Positions 19,442-28,998 are shown, counted from the first letter of the stretch. The stretch: DNA of 64,000 nucleotides from Candidatus Bathyarchaeia archaeon (GCA_049513715.1 JBEKVV010000002.1:256001-320000), one strand, 5' to 3'. Program-made: numbers and translations. Notes: generated by a model from the sequence alone, not told the origin.

Positions 19442-19488
19442 AATGAAAGAAAGAAAAAGGCGGGAGAGCAGTAGGCGCGTTTGTTCGC

Positions 19489-20397
19489 TTATTGCTCGGT
19501 TTTTTCGGTTTTTTCCGTGTTTTGTTCAGTGGTCTTGCTTGTTGTTGTCTTGCTTGGGGCTTTCTCTCTTCCTTTGAATACCAGCGCAATTCCAAGTATG
19601 ATCGCTATGATTACCAAAACACCTGATGTGATTCCGAAGGTCAGGACGTTGTTGTGCGTTGAGGCGAGCTGGTTGTTCAAGTCAGAGATTGTGGCGTTTT
19701 TCTGTGAAACCTGGTTCTGTGCGTTTTGCAGGTTCTGTTGGAGTTGTTGGTTTTGAGACTGAGCTTGGCTCAGTTGTTGCTGAAGTGCTTGGTACTGCGA
19801 TTGGAGGCTGATGTATTCGGGAGTCGTGGCGTTGATGTACGAGAGTGAACCTAGACCAGAATCAGTTGAGGATGTATAGGAGGTAGAGTATGATGGGTAT
19901 GAGTAGTAGGGGTACGAATAATAGCTGTCGTAGTATGGGTAATAGTAATTGTAGTCATACGGGTAACTCGAATAGTAGTTGTTGGCATAGCTTGGCATGA
20001 CACTCTCTGACACAAAAGCGATCAGAGAGGTTCTTGGTGCGTCCGCTGGGGCAGTTGCCTGAATGTCCTTGTTGATCTTGTCGCCATTGTTCATGTTCAT
20101 GTTGCTAGCAACAGTGGCTGTGGTCACTGAGTGAAGACTAGTTCCGTCTCCGTAGTAGACTTGGAGCGTTAGGCTTTGAAGGGTGAAAGTGTTCTTCGCG
20201 CTTGCCTGAACATTGACCGTAATTGTTTGACCCGGATTGATTTGTGACGGATATCCCAATTGCACGTTAAGATAGGTCAAGCTAACGTTGTTAGTCACTT
20301 GAGTGGGTTGGGCTTGTGCTGATTGACTCAAAGCGAGTGCGGAAATCGATGACAACGCGATAAGGAGAACGAGAAGTATTGCAGTTTGTGTTTTCAT
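19489..20397 (-). CDS. Membrane-anchored surface protein with Tyr-rich segment and Gln-rich coiled coil
   Basis: Signal peptide, YYSSYPYDYNYYYPYY tract, QQQLSQAQSQNQQLQQ, C-terminal TM. Confidence 0.85.
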   Translation of the reverse strand: MKTQTAILLVLLIALSSISALALSQSAQAQPTQVTNNVSLTYLNVQLGYPSQINPGQTITVNVQASAKNTFTLQSLTLQVYYGDGTSLHSVTTATVASNMNMNNGDKINKDIQATAPADAPRTSLIAFVSESVMPSYANNYYSSYPYDYNYYYPYYDSYYSYPYYSYPSYSTSYTSSTDSGLGSLSYINATTPEYISLQSQYQALQQQLSQAQSQNQQLQQNLQNAQNQVSQKNATISDLNNQLASTHNNVLTFGITSGVLVIIAIILGIALVFKGREKAPSKTTTSKTTEQNTEKTEKTEQ

Positions 20398-20623
20398 GGT
20401 TCTTCACGAGTCGGGCTACTCGCGACCGATATGAAGTTTCCTCTACAAATTCCAAATTGGCACTTTCCACTACAGAGAGCCGGTAGTGTAGATTCAGTGA
20501 AATCCCTGCGACCGCACTGGGAGGGGCGCGGTAAATTCAAAGTTACAGTGCGTCCTACACGAGGTAGTGCCCTTTCACAAAGCCCGAACACTAGGCTGCG
20601 CGTGCTCATTGCTTGTAGACTAG

Positions 20624-21496
20624 TCAGTAGCCCATTGATTGGGCAATGCGGTCAAGGCGGGCAATGCGCTTAGCCGTTGAAGGGTGCGTTGAGAAGATTC
20701 CCGTTAGGAGGGAGCCCTTGAACGGATTGATTATGTACAGTGAGGAGAGTGCAGGGTTAGCCTTACTTTGAACTGGCCTATGTTTGGCATACATCTCTAT
20801 CTTTTCAAGTGCACTCGCGAGAGCTCGGGGCTGTCCTGAGAGTTTGGCGCCACCTTCATCCGCCGAATATTCCCGAGTCCGAGAGACGGCAAGTTGCACG
20901 AGCATAGCGGCAACGGGCGCGAGCACCATCATCAACAACAGGCCGATCACGTTTCCTTGTCTGTCGCGGCTGCTGTAACCTCCACCCCCATAGCCGAAGG
21001 CGCCTCCCATGAACCAGCCCCACTGCGCAAGGTAACTGATTGCACCAGCTACCGTTGCTGCAATGGTTGTGGTCAATGTGTCCCAGTTTCTAACGTGTGT
21101 CAGCTCGTGCGCCAAAACGGCCTCCAGTTCTTGGTCGTTTAGGATGCTCAATAGACTGGTGTGGACTGCGACGGTGGCGTTGTTGGGGCTTCGGCCGGTG
21201 GCGAAAGCGTTCGGAATCGCACTGTTGACCATTGCAACCTTGGGCATCTTCGTTCCCGATGCAGCTGTGAGGCTTCGGAGGGCGGAGTAGACTCGTGGTG
21301 CCTCTTCCTCGGTTACTAAGTGTGCACCACCCATCTTCAAAACGAACTTGTCGCTAAACCAGTAGATGATCAAATTCATGAAAGCTGCAAAACCCAGGGC
21401 TAACAGTGGCGACAACCCTAGCAAGTATGCAACCGCAAACAGTATGCCCGTGAGGATTCCGATTAGTAGAGTGGTTTTGATGAATGTCCAGACCAT
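20624..21496 (-). CDS. htpX: Zinc metalloprotease HtpX
   Basis: PNAFATG, AHELTH (HExxH), SRTREYSAD, STHP. Confidence 0.95.
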   Translation of the reverse strand: MVWTFIKTTLLIGILTGILFAVAYLLGLSPLLALGFAAFMNLIIYWFSDKFVLKMGGAHLVTEEEAPRVYSALRSLTAASGTKMPKVAMVNSAIPNAFATGRSPNNATVAVHTSLLSILNDQELEAVLAHELTHVRNWDTLTTTIAATVAGAISYLAQWGWFMGGAFGYGGGGYSSRDRQGNVIGLLLMMVLAPVAAMLVQLAVSRTREYSADEGGAKLSGQPRALASALEKIEMYAKHRPVQSKANPALSSLYIINPFKGSLLTGIFSTHPSTAKRIARLDRIAQSMGY

Positions 21497-21757
21497 GATG
21501 GTTTTCCCTCTGTTTTTCGTTACCAAAGGTAACAAGATATAAACTTGCCGCCAACTAAGAGCGCGGAACCACGCGTAGTTCTGAAGTTACGGGGCAGTTT
21601 TTGTCGCCCACATTTTGAAAGTGGGGACCGGAAATTGCGATGATGAAAACGCTGTGACTCGCGATTATTCCCCAGAGGTTGTGCTGGGAATCACCAGGAT
21701 TGCGGGAGTATGCGCGTTGGACAGGCATTAGTGAAGGTGGTACGTAGTTTTGCCGTT

Positions 21758-22681
21758 TTACCTTCGGGCTACGATTTTCTCGGCTTCTTGGTAAACTGGT
21801 AAGCCGTCTTTGGGATCGGATCGAATCTTGACGAATGCGTCCATGATTCTCCTTGTCGTCGGGCCTACCTTCCCGTCTCCGATCAATATTCCCTTAACTT
21901 TCACGAGTGGAACTATTTCGGATAGTGTTCCTGTCAGGAATGCTTCGTCTGCGTTTGTCACATCGTAGGGCGTGAGCCCCTTCTCCAACATGTTGAATCC
22001 GAGTTCTCGCGTAAGTTTGATGATGCGTCTTCTCGTGACGCCTGGAAGGATGCCTGCGGTTGAGGGTGGGGTGAAGATTTCGCCGTACTTGATGATGAAG
22101 AGGTTTGTGGTCGTTGCTTCAGACACGAACCCGTTGCGGTCTAGCATGAGCGCATCGTCAGCGCCCGCGTCTAGTGCCTCTTGTTTCGCCAACACGCTGT
22201 TGAGGTAGTTCAGGGACTTAATCTCGTGCGTGGTGGCATCTACGGCGTCGCGGCGCACAGACGATATAATGACCGAGATGCCTTTCTCTTTCGCCATTGC
22301 ACCGAAAGAAGGATCCGCATATTGCGTAATGATTACGACAGAGGGTTTGCGGCATTTTCTAGGGTCGACACCCAAGTCGCCTACACCCCTCGTTACAACC
22401 AATCGAATGTAGGCGTCCTTCAATCCATTCCTTTTGACCGTTTCAACAATTGCCTTCGTCATTTCCTCCGGCGAGAGTGGGAGTTGTAGCCTGATAGATT
22501 TGGCGGAGCTGTATAGGCGTTCGAGGTGTTCCTTGAACCGGAATATTACACCATTGTATACTCTGATTCCTTCGAAGACTCCGTCACCGTAGAGTAATCC
22601 ATGGTCGAAGACGGAAACTGACGCTCGTGATTTGGGCACCCATTCACCATCGACGTATACGATCGGCTCTTTTACGAGCAA
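21758..22681 (-). CDS. ilvE: Branched-chain amino acid aminotransferase
   Basis: YGDGVFEGIR, KSLNYL, ILPGVTR, EAFLTGT. Confidence 0.95.
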   Translation of the reverse strand: MLVKEPIVYVDGEWVPKSRASVSVFDHGLLYGDGVFEGIRVYNGVIFRFKEHLERLYSSAKSIRLQLPLSPEEMTKAIVETVKRNGLKDAYIRLVVTRGVGDLGVDPRKCRKPSVVIITQYADPSFGAMAKEKGISVIISSVRRDAVDATTHEIKSLNYLNSVLAKQEALDAGADDALMLDRNGFVSEATTTNLFIIKYGEIFTPPSTAGILPGVTRRRIIKLTRELGFNMLEKGLTPYDVTNADEAFLTGTLSEIVPLVKVKGILIGDGKVGPTTRRIMDAFVKIRSDPKDGLPVYQEAEKIVARR

Positions 22682-22841
22682 GGGCGGTCCCGTCGGTCTA
22701 AGCGAGAATCGTATAAAATGGTTCCTTCAGTGCGTCGGGGGCACAGCAAAGTTGCGAACGTCTACTTCAGATTCAACCCATGGTTCGCAATGAGGCTCAA
22801 TAAGACAGATTAAACGGGGTGTTGAAAGGCTGCGCTTGCTT

Positions 22842-22986
22842 GGGCCGGTAGTTCAGCTTGGTTAGAAGGCGCTTGCCTGGCCTGAACGTTGCCCTTACAC
22901 GGCAAAGGTCGCCGGTTCGAATCCGGTCGAGTCGCAAAATGGACGAGTCGGCGACAAAACCGGCGAAAGTCCGGTCCGGCCCACCA
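22842..22986 (+). tRNA. tRNA-Val(UAC) with two introns (22866-22884 and 22922-22969) and encoded CCA
   Basis: Acceptor GGGCCGG/CCGGCCC-A-CCA; anticodon stem TTGCC/GGCAA with TAC at 22896-22898; T arm GCCGG-TTCGAA|T-CCGGT; both introns fold into bulge-helix-bulge motifs. Confidence 0.93.
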
Positions 22987-24913
22987 ATTTTCTTTATGAC
23001 AATGAATCGCCGAATCTTTCTAGAACAGTTTGTCTTTGTCCATGAGCATTTCGCTCTCTGAGTATCTTTGGCCATACATTTTCTTTATGATAAGGAAACG
23101 CCTTGCTCTCTCCATGAGTGGTTTCTCGAAGATTTCGATTACTCCGTCGAAGAAGTCGATGATGGTTTGAGTTTCCTCTTTGGTCGTGGTCAATGGGTTG
23201 AGGGTCGCTATGATCGTGAACTCCTCAGCCTTTCGTTTTCCAACAAAATCTGCTAACCACCTCCGGGTTATAATGGACTTATAGCGGAGCAACAGATCTG
23301 ACAAAATGTCTATGATCATGACCCGCTTGGTTGCCTTTTCCTTTGCCAAAATATCCTTGAGGGCTAGACCCAACGATATGGTGGCGTCGCTAAGATTCTC
23401 AATGCTTGGTATCTTCAGCAGGTTCGGGCCATGGGATGAGATCTTGTCGGCCTGCGGGCAGAGAGCGTAGAACCCTTTCGGGTACCTAGACGCCATGTCT
23501 TCTGTCCTGCGAAGATCGTTTGAAACGAGAATCGCTAATCTTCCAGATGATAGGGCTGAGTTCATTACTTTCCTTAGGAGCAGGTCCCTCTCGTCAAAGG
23601 ACGGAGAAACAATGACAATACTGAATTTCTCAGGGATTCCTCCCTCCAGCGCTTTGTCTAAATCCAAGTAGCCTGTCGAGATGATTGGTTGAGCTTGAAT
23701 AGCCTGTGCCTCGGTGGCTGGTTGAGATGCAAAGGCCTTTCTCGGTGACTCTTGGACTGTAGTTGGGTGTTCTTGTTTCGACGTGGCTGCTGGTTTCCTT
23801 CTTCTTGCGAAGACTAAGACGAATGCGACTACCACGACCGCGGCAATCGCTAATAGCAAACCCAAGTTTCCAAATGGAAGACCAATTTGGGAGATCGTGG
23901 TTGTCAGCGTAAGGTTGGTGAGCTTTGTGGTGGGTGCGGTAGCGTAGCTGACGGACGAAACCGTCGTTGGGAAAGGTCTCTGTATTGACCAAGTGCCCGC
24001 AACTGAGTCAAGGTTGAAATTCCAGAGCCATGCAATGAATTTGCCGGCGTTAGGGGCCACCCAGTCAACCGAGCCCATGGGGCCGTTCTTAGAGAGGAGC
24101 ACGGCTGAGGATGAGAAGGAAGGGCCAGTCCCCGCGCTATTACAGCCATAGTCACCTGTGGCAAATTGAGGAAATGCGGTTGTGATGTAGAAATTGACCG
24201 GAAGATTGCTCTTAGTTGTCCACTGCATGTGATAACTCAGCCCCGCTATTGCATTAAATGCCTGATGGGCATTGGCCCCTTGTCCGCAGACATTGAGCGC
24301 GAAGTCAACAGGTGCGGAGACGCCAACATAGCTAGACGTTGTCTTTGTCTCATAAAGGGTCGTGGTCGGGTAGGTGTAGAGTCCTGTGGTCGTGACTTGG
24401 GTTGTGAAGGTTACGTAGCTTTGGCCCGACACGTTCATCGGTGCAACAGTGACTGCTGGAGCTAAAGCGAGAATCAGCATAAAGGCGAACGCAATGCGGG
24501 ACTGCATGAATAGGCCTCCTAGGGATCGCATTAACCATGCTGCATCAAGTTGGATTTCTGATTTGTGTTATGATCGAGGTTGCTAACACTGCAAATGATC
24601 TATTTCTGATATGAAAACCGAGATAAGGTTCGGACTCTTCGTGCGCGCGCCATAAGACCTGCACTGGCCTTGTCAAGTTGAAAGCAGCTAGGAGATTGTC
24701 TGCTCCGTTACCCAGGTTCCCAAATAAATCTGATATTCACCGTTAGCCCTCGATCTGGGAAATGCTTCGCTAATGCCCACCGCAACCAGCGTTCATTGGT
24801 TACGCCAACAAACCGATATGCCAGTTGGAATATTAGTTAGAAAAGTTGTTTGAAATGTCAACCGCTGGGTTGGATGTGACCCAGCGCAAGGGTGAGTCCG
24901 GTCCGGCCCACCA
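22968..24913. mobile_element. Small tRNA-Val-integrated islet bounded by a 19-bp direct repeat
   Basis: AGTCCGGTCCGGCCCACCA at 22968-22986 and 24895-24913; no integrase inside. Confidence 0.7.
23020..24507 (-). CDS. Membrane protein: extracellular beta domain, TM, cytoplasmic degenerate KaiC/RAD55-like ATPase domain
   Basis: ISTGYLDLDKALEGGIP; Walker A region reads SPSFDERD; IIDILS; FDGVIE; IKKM. Confidence 0.85.
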   Translation of the reverse strand: MQSRIAFAFMLILALAPAVTVAPMNVSGQSYVTFTTQVTTTGLYTYPTTTLYETKTTSSYVGVSAPVDFALNVCGQGANAHQAFNAIAGLSYHMQWTTKSNLPVNFYITTAFPQFATGDYGCNSAGTGPSFSSSAVLLSKNGPMGSVDWVAPNAGKFIAWLWNFNLDSVAGTWSIQRPFPTTVSSVSYATAPTTKLTNLTLTTTISQIGLPFGNLGLLLAIAAVVVVAFVLVFARRRKPAATSKQEHPTTVQESPRKAFASQPATEAQAIQAQPIISTGYLDLDKALEGGIPEKFSIVIVSPSFDERDLLLRKVMNSALSSGRLAILVSNDLRRTEDMASRYPKGFYALCPQADKISSHGPNLLKIPSIENLSDATISLGLALKDILAKEKATKRVMIIDILSDLLLRYKSIITRRWLADFVGKRKAEEFTIIATLNPLTTTKEETQTIIDFFDGVIEIFEKPLMERARRFLIIKKMYGQRYSESEMLMDKDKLF

Positions 24914-24963
24914 TCTGGTTCTGATAGTACGCACACTACTTTTCAGCGGTCGCAGATATGTTA

Positions 24964-26376
24964 CTACTCTTCATCTCGTCGTTTTCTGCAGAAAAAGAGG
25001 ACGGCGGCAATTATCGCTATGAATCCGGCGAGTGCCACCACGATCCCTGCAATGGGTTGCAGGATAGTGCTGATGGTGGCTTTCTCGGGAGCGAGACTCA
25101 TGTCGCCGGAGGTTAGAAAGAGATGTTCGGTTTGGCCCACGCCTAGCGTTCCGTCATGGTGTCGCGCTACCAGGGCATTGCCGATATTCGTTGCCTTGCT
25201 CACGAATAGGTGAAACGCAGTGTTGCCTCCGGCCGTTATCACGAGTTCGTAAGTGCCGTTAGGGTTCACGATTAGGAGGTCTTCTGAAGAGTTGTGAGTG
25301 ATCGAAGCATTGGGGATTCCTTCGACACGGTTCCCTGTTTGGGGGTCGATTCCAAGAGCTCTTTGTTTTGCGTCATATATTGTGAGGTAGGCATACAGCG
25401 ACCTGAATTCGGCGTAAAGATAAGTTTCAGCGATGGGATCAGGCAGATGTGGTCTATCCACCACACCGGCTGAGATTGCGGATATGTAGGCACCCTGATC
25501 TGATCCATGTTCAGACCAATGAAATTCCCTGCTCGTATCATTCCATATCAGGTTCATTGAGGATTCGCCTGTAGCTAACAGAGCTGAACAATCACTCAGT
25601 AGGAGGCAGTGAATCGCGCTCACGGAACCATCGTGCCAGAATCCGTCGGCAGATTCAACCAGGATCGGCCCGAAAGTCCCAAAGGTGTCATTCCTGAAAA
25701 CTGCAATTGCCGAATTGACCATCCCGACTATTACTAGCTCGAATGGTGAATGACCCCATGGGGGCGCTTTTTCGAGAACCGTACTAATGTAACATGGGCA
25801 GTTTACTGAACTTGGAATGTCCCAGGTTATCGCTCCGAGATTATTTGACATCTGAAGAACGTACTTTGAGCCTTCGTTCGAAACATGAGAGTAGAAGATG
25901 AGTGATTGAGGGAAGGGAACCGGAGTTGTGTAGAACAGAGCGCGACACTGATCAGTGATGCTCGATTCAGGTTCACATAACACAGGTTGACGTACTGTAG
26001 AGCTGTTCCAAACTTGGAAGGTGAAGGTCCCGTAATAAATCGTACTCGCAAGCTTAGCGAACTCAACCGTGTTCTGGGCCCATAACACAGAGTTCCCTAT
26101 CGAATCAGATATCCAAAAATTCTGCTGGACGGAGAAGCAATCTACACGTTGGGGCCTCAAGCAATCTTCGATCGGACGCTGACCAAATGTAGAATAAGCG
26201 TCCGCTATCCCGATAGTTATCTTACTCCAGACGGAGACCGCTTCATGGCTTGGGGTTGTGAATGGGATTCTTTCGAAGGAAATTGCCGGCTGAAACGAAA
26301 AGAGGACGGCTAACAATAAGAGAGCTCTCTTTCTTCCGGTTGTTCTCGTAAGACTGCTCGAACCCCATCCTTTCAT
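24964..26376 (-). CDS. Thermopsin-like secreted protein with C-terminal TM anchor
   Basis: FSVQQN...WAQNTVEF...VWN...FELVIVG...TGESSMNL pattern recalls thermopsin (peptidase A5). Confidence 0.6.
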   Translation of the reverse strand: MKGWGSSSLTRTTGRKRALLLLAVLFSFQPAISFERIPFTTPSHEAVSVWSKITIGIADAYSTFGQRPIEDCLRPQRVDCFSVQQNFWISDSIGNSVLWAQNTVEFAKLASTIYYGTFTFQVWNSSTVRQPVLCEPESSITDQCRALFYTTPVPFPQSLIFYSHVSNEGSKYVLQMSNNLGAITWDIPSSVNCPCYISTVLEKAPPWGHSPFELVIVGMVNSAIAVFRNDTFGTFGPILVESADGFWHDGSVSAIHCLLLSDCSALLATGESSMNLIWNDTSREFHWSEHGSDQGAYISAISAGVVDRPHLPDPIAETYLYAEFRSLYAYLTIYDAKQRALGIDPQTGNRVEGIPNASITHNSSEDLLIVNPNGTYELVITAGGNTAFHLFVSKATNIGNALVARHHDGTLGVGQTEHLFLTSGDMSLAPEKATISTILQPIAGIVVALAGFIAIIAAVLFFCRKRRDEE

Positions 26377-26459
26377 CCGATGTCACCAAGTGATCTTCAA
26401 GAAGTCTTATACAATGTTGACGTTCAGGCTTTTTCATCAGGGAGTATGGAGGGCCTCAT

Positions 26460-26575
26460 TTGATCGACGAGGATATGCGGGCGATTGTCGGAGGGCAACA
26501 CCATGTTTCGCTGCTACGGTCTCCCATGATGGCCGCCCTAACTTATCGCTAAAGGGAACTATCAGGGTTTGGGAT
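26460..26575 (+). pseudogene. Pyridoxamine 5'-phosphate oxidase family fragment, frameshifted and truncated
   Basis: LIDEDMRAIV, then a frame change to RRATPCFAATVSHDGRPNLSLKGTIRVWD. Confidence 0.65.
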
Positions 26576-26593
26576 CGGCTTATTGTAGTGGTG

Positions 26594-28225
26594 CTATACC
26601 CGAATGTATTCCAAGAGAATTCCGGCTTGGCGTTCTGCGAGCTTCAAAGCCAGCACGAAAACCACGACACCAATCACGAGAGAAACAATCGTCATTTCGA
26701 TAATCAAATCATGGAAGATGAGTAAATTCAGGAATATCGGGACCGCGGTGATCAGCGCGACGGCCACACACGTCACCATGCCGAACATTGAACCCCAGAC
26801 GCTAACAAATCTAGCTCGGACGCTTTCACGAAAGTCAGGGAACTTGAACCCAAAATACAGCCCTAGAGCAGCCTCCTCGAACGCTACAATGGCTCCAAGC
26901 ACCACGAGGACCACGAACATTGGCAGTGGAACCTTCAAGATGAAGTTCAGAATTCCAATCAGAACGGTGCTGAAAACCACACCCAAGCTAATGGGCATGA
27001 TTAGCTTGGCCTTCATAAGCTGACGGGGCAAAATGGGGATTGCATAAAGGTTCCATACAGCCGAGCCTTCTTGGCCGATGCTGGTCATTGCCATCAAACC
27101 GCAGAAGATAGCTATCGGCATCAAGTAAAGCGGCATAAACGCAACGAAATCTGGTCCTCCTGCCATTGATGTGCCACCGATGCTGAAGAGGGGAAGGCTC
27201 ATCGAAATCGCCAAAACGAACGGTATGGCCAGAAACCTAGCCATCTCACGCCTGCGAACGAGGGAGCGCAGGTCTTTTCGGAAAATCGCTGACTCAACCG
27301 CACCGAAACCTGGAAGTCTGGATTCTACTTTGCCGGGAACGTAGGGTCGGCTTGTCAGTTTAATCGAAACTGGAACAGGAACCCAAAAGCGAGTTCGAAA
27401 TTCTACGGCCAAGCCGAACAATGCGAAAAAGAATCCTAGGGATAGCGAGGCAAAGGATAAGGAGGAAAACGCGTTGCCCTGTGAAGTGCTGACAACCGCT
27501 ACGGAAGGCCAAATCACCGGCACAAACCAAGCCACAGTCACCGTGCGGACTATGCTTTGAAGGACGTAGGCCGCAATCTGGCCGCTGAACATGAGTTGAA
27601 CAAAGGCCAAAACAAAAATCGTCATGGCAAGACGAAACGCGATTCCTGACCGGCCGCTTTTCTTGTAGAAACTGGAGGATATCCGGTTCGTCAGCGTGTC
27701 CAAGAACTCGACTACACAAGACCCGATGAAGAGCGAAGTGACCGCCATTAGCGCTGTCGCGACCCAAACGCCGCTCATTCCAAAATACAAGGCGGGTCCT
27801 AGTAGTACGCCCAGAAACAAGCTAAGCATTAATGAGTAGATGTAGGATTCAGAAACGATTGAACCTGCCACATATTCTGAGGGCGAAATCGGCAACCAAT
27901 TCACCAAATCAGTGCTCAGTGATTGGACTGGCTGGCTTATCTCGTACAAGACGCCGAAGACGATTACGGCAAACGCAATTGCTGTCGGCACTCCTACCAA
28001 CGCATTCAATATCGTTGAGTTTATCATCGCACGAAAGTCAGCAAGGTACCCCAAAGAGAGAAAACGATTTCCAAGCAGGCCAAATCCCAGAACAATGGCA
28101 ACGTCTGCAATCAGTATGATGCGTGGGTCGTCGAACAGACGTCGCATGAACTTGGGTCTCTGGGAACCACGCATTTGCGATTTCGTGAGAACAATCGCAA
28201 GCCTGTAAACGGACCTGAGCTTCAT
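26594..28225 (-). CDS. ABC exporter permease
   Basis: Many TM helices in two halves (LPISP, FRKDLR, IGQEG); overlaps the ATPase gene by 4 bp. Confidence 0.85.
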   Translation of the reverse strand: MKLRSVYRLAIVLTKSQMRGSQRPKFMRRLFDDPRIILIADVAIVLGFGLLGNRFLSLGYLADFRAMINSTILNALVGVPTAIAFAVIVFGVLYEISQPVQSLSTDLVNWLPISPSEYVAGSIVSESYIYSLMLSLFLGVLLGPALYFGMSGVWVATALMAVTSLFIGSCVVEFLDTLTNRISSSFYKKSGRSGIAFRLAMTIFVLAFVQLMFSGQIAAYVLQSIVRTVTVAWFVPVIWPSVAVVSTSQGNAFSSLSFASLSLGFFFALFGLAVEFRTRFWVPVPVSIKLTSRPYVPGKVESRLPGFGAVESAIFRKDLRSLVRRREMARFLAIPFVLAISMSLPLFSIGGTSMAGGPDFVAFMPLYLMPIAIFCGLMAMTSIGQEGSAVWNLYAIPILPRQLMKAKLIMPISLGVVFSTVLIGILNFILKVPLPMFVVLVVLGAIVAFEEAALGLYFGFKFPDFRESVRARFVSVWGSMFGMVTCVAVALITAVPIFLNLLIFHDLIIEMTIVSLVIGVVVFVLALKLAERQAGILLEYIRV

Positions 28226-28998
28226 CGGCTCAGGGCCTCGACGATTTCATGTGTGTCGGCCGTTCCAGTCAACTTTAGGAACACCTCTTCCAATGTCGAC
28301 CCACGGGTGCCCGCTTTGGATCTCAAGTCTTGCGTCGTCCCTTCTGCGAGCACGTTTCCCTCGTACATGATCACGATTCTGTCACAGATCGCGTCCGCTA
28401 TTTCCAGAACGTGTGTGCTGAAAATCGTGGGGACGCCGTCGTCCCTCAGCTTGTGAATTAGGTCTTTGACTATCCGCGCTGACCTTGGGTCTAGTGCGTT
28501 TAGGGGCTCATCGAGTACGAGGATACGCGGGCGGTGCAACAACCCAGCAATTATGGCCAACTTCTGTTTCATCCCTTGAGAGTAACCATTGATCAGCTCG
28601 TTCTCACGTCCCTCAAGGTCCAATGCTTTCAAAAATTCGGGAATGCGTTCGCGCTTGGTACTGGAGTCTAGAGCGTGAACGTCGGCAATGAAATCCAAGT
28701 ATTCAATCCCAGTCAGAAACTCGTAGAGCCTAGGGCTTTCTGGGACAAAGCCCACCATCCTCTTGACCGAAACGGGGTCTGTTCCTACGTCGACCCCTAG
28801 GACCTGAATGTTACCCATGTCAGGTTTCAACACTCCCACAATCATTTTCATAAGTGTGGATTTTCCTGAGCCGTTAGGGCCAAGCAACCCAAGGACCTCG
28901 CCGCTACTAAGAGAGAAACTCACCCCATTGACAGCTCTCCTGTTTCCGAAATTCTTCACAACGCCGTTTACCTGGAGAGTCTGCAATGGGGGGTGCAC
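28222..28998 (-). CDS. ABC transporter ATP-binding protein
   Basis: GPNGSGKST, YSQGM, LDEP, STH. Confidence 0.95.
   Translation of the reverse strand: MHPPLQTLQVNGVVKNFGNRRAVNGVSFSLSSGEVLGLLGPNGSGKSTLMKMIVGVLKPDMGNIQVLGVDVGTDPVSVKRMVGFVPESPRLYEFLTGIEYLDFIADVHALDSSTKRERIPEFLKALDLEGRENELINGYSQGMKQKLAIIAGLLHRPRILVLDEPLNALDPRSARIVKDLIHKLRDDGVPTIFSTHVLEIADAICDRIVIMYEGNVLAEGTTQDLRSKAGTRGSTLEEVFLKLTGTADTHEIVEALSR

Noticed and set aside
20495..20600. Cobalamin riboswitch (GTGAAATCC, CGCACTG, AGCCCGAA)
   Set aside because: The GGGAA element is missing and no plus-strand gene follows; kept only as a generic structure candidate.
24863..24913. Split-tRNA 3' half
   Set aside because: The upstream GGTG cannot pair with TTCG to form a trans BHB, and the intact tRNA is already present; an att scar is simpler.
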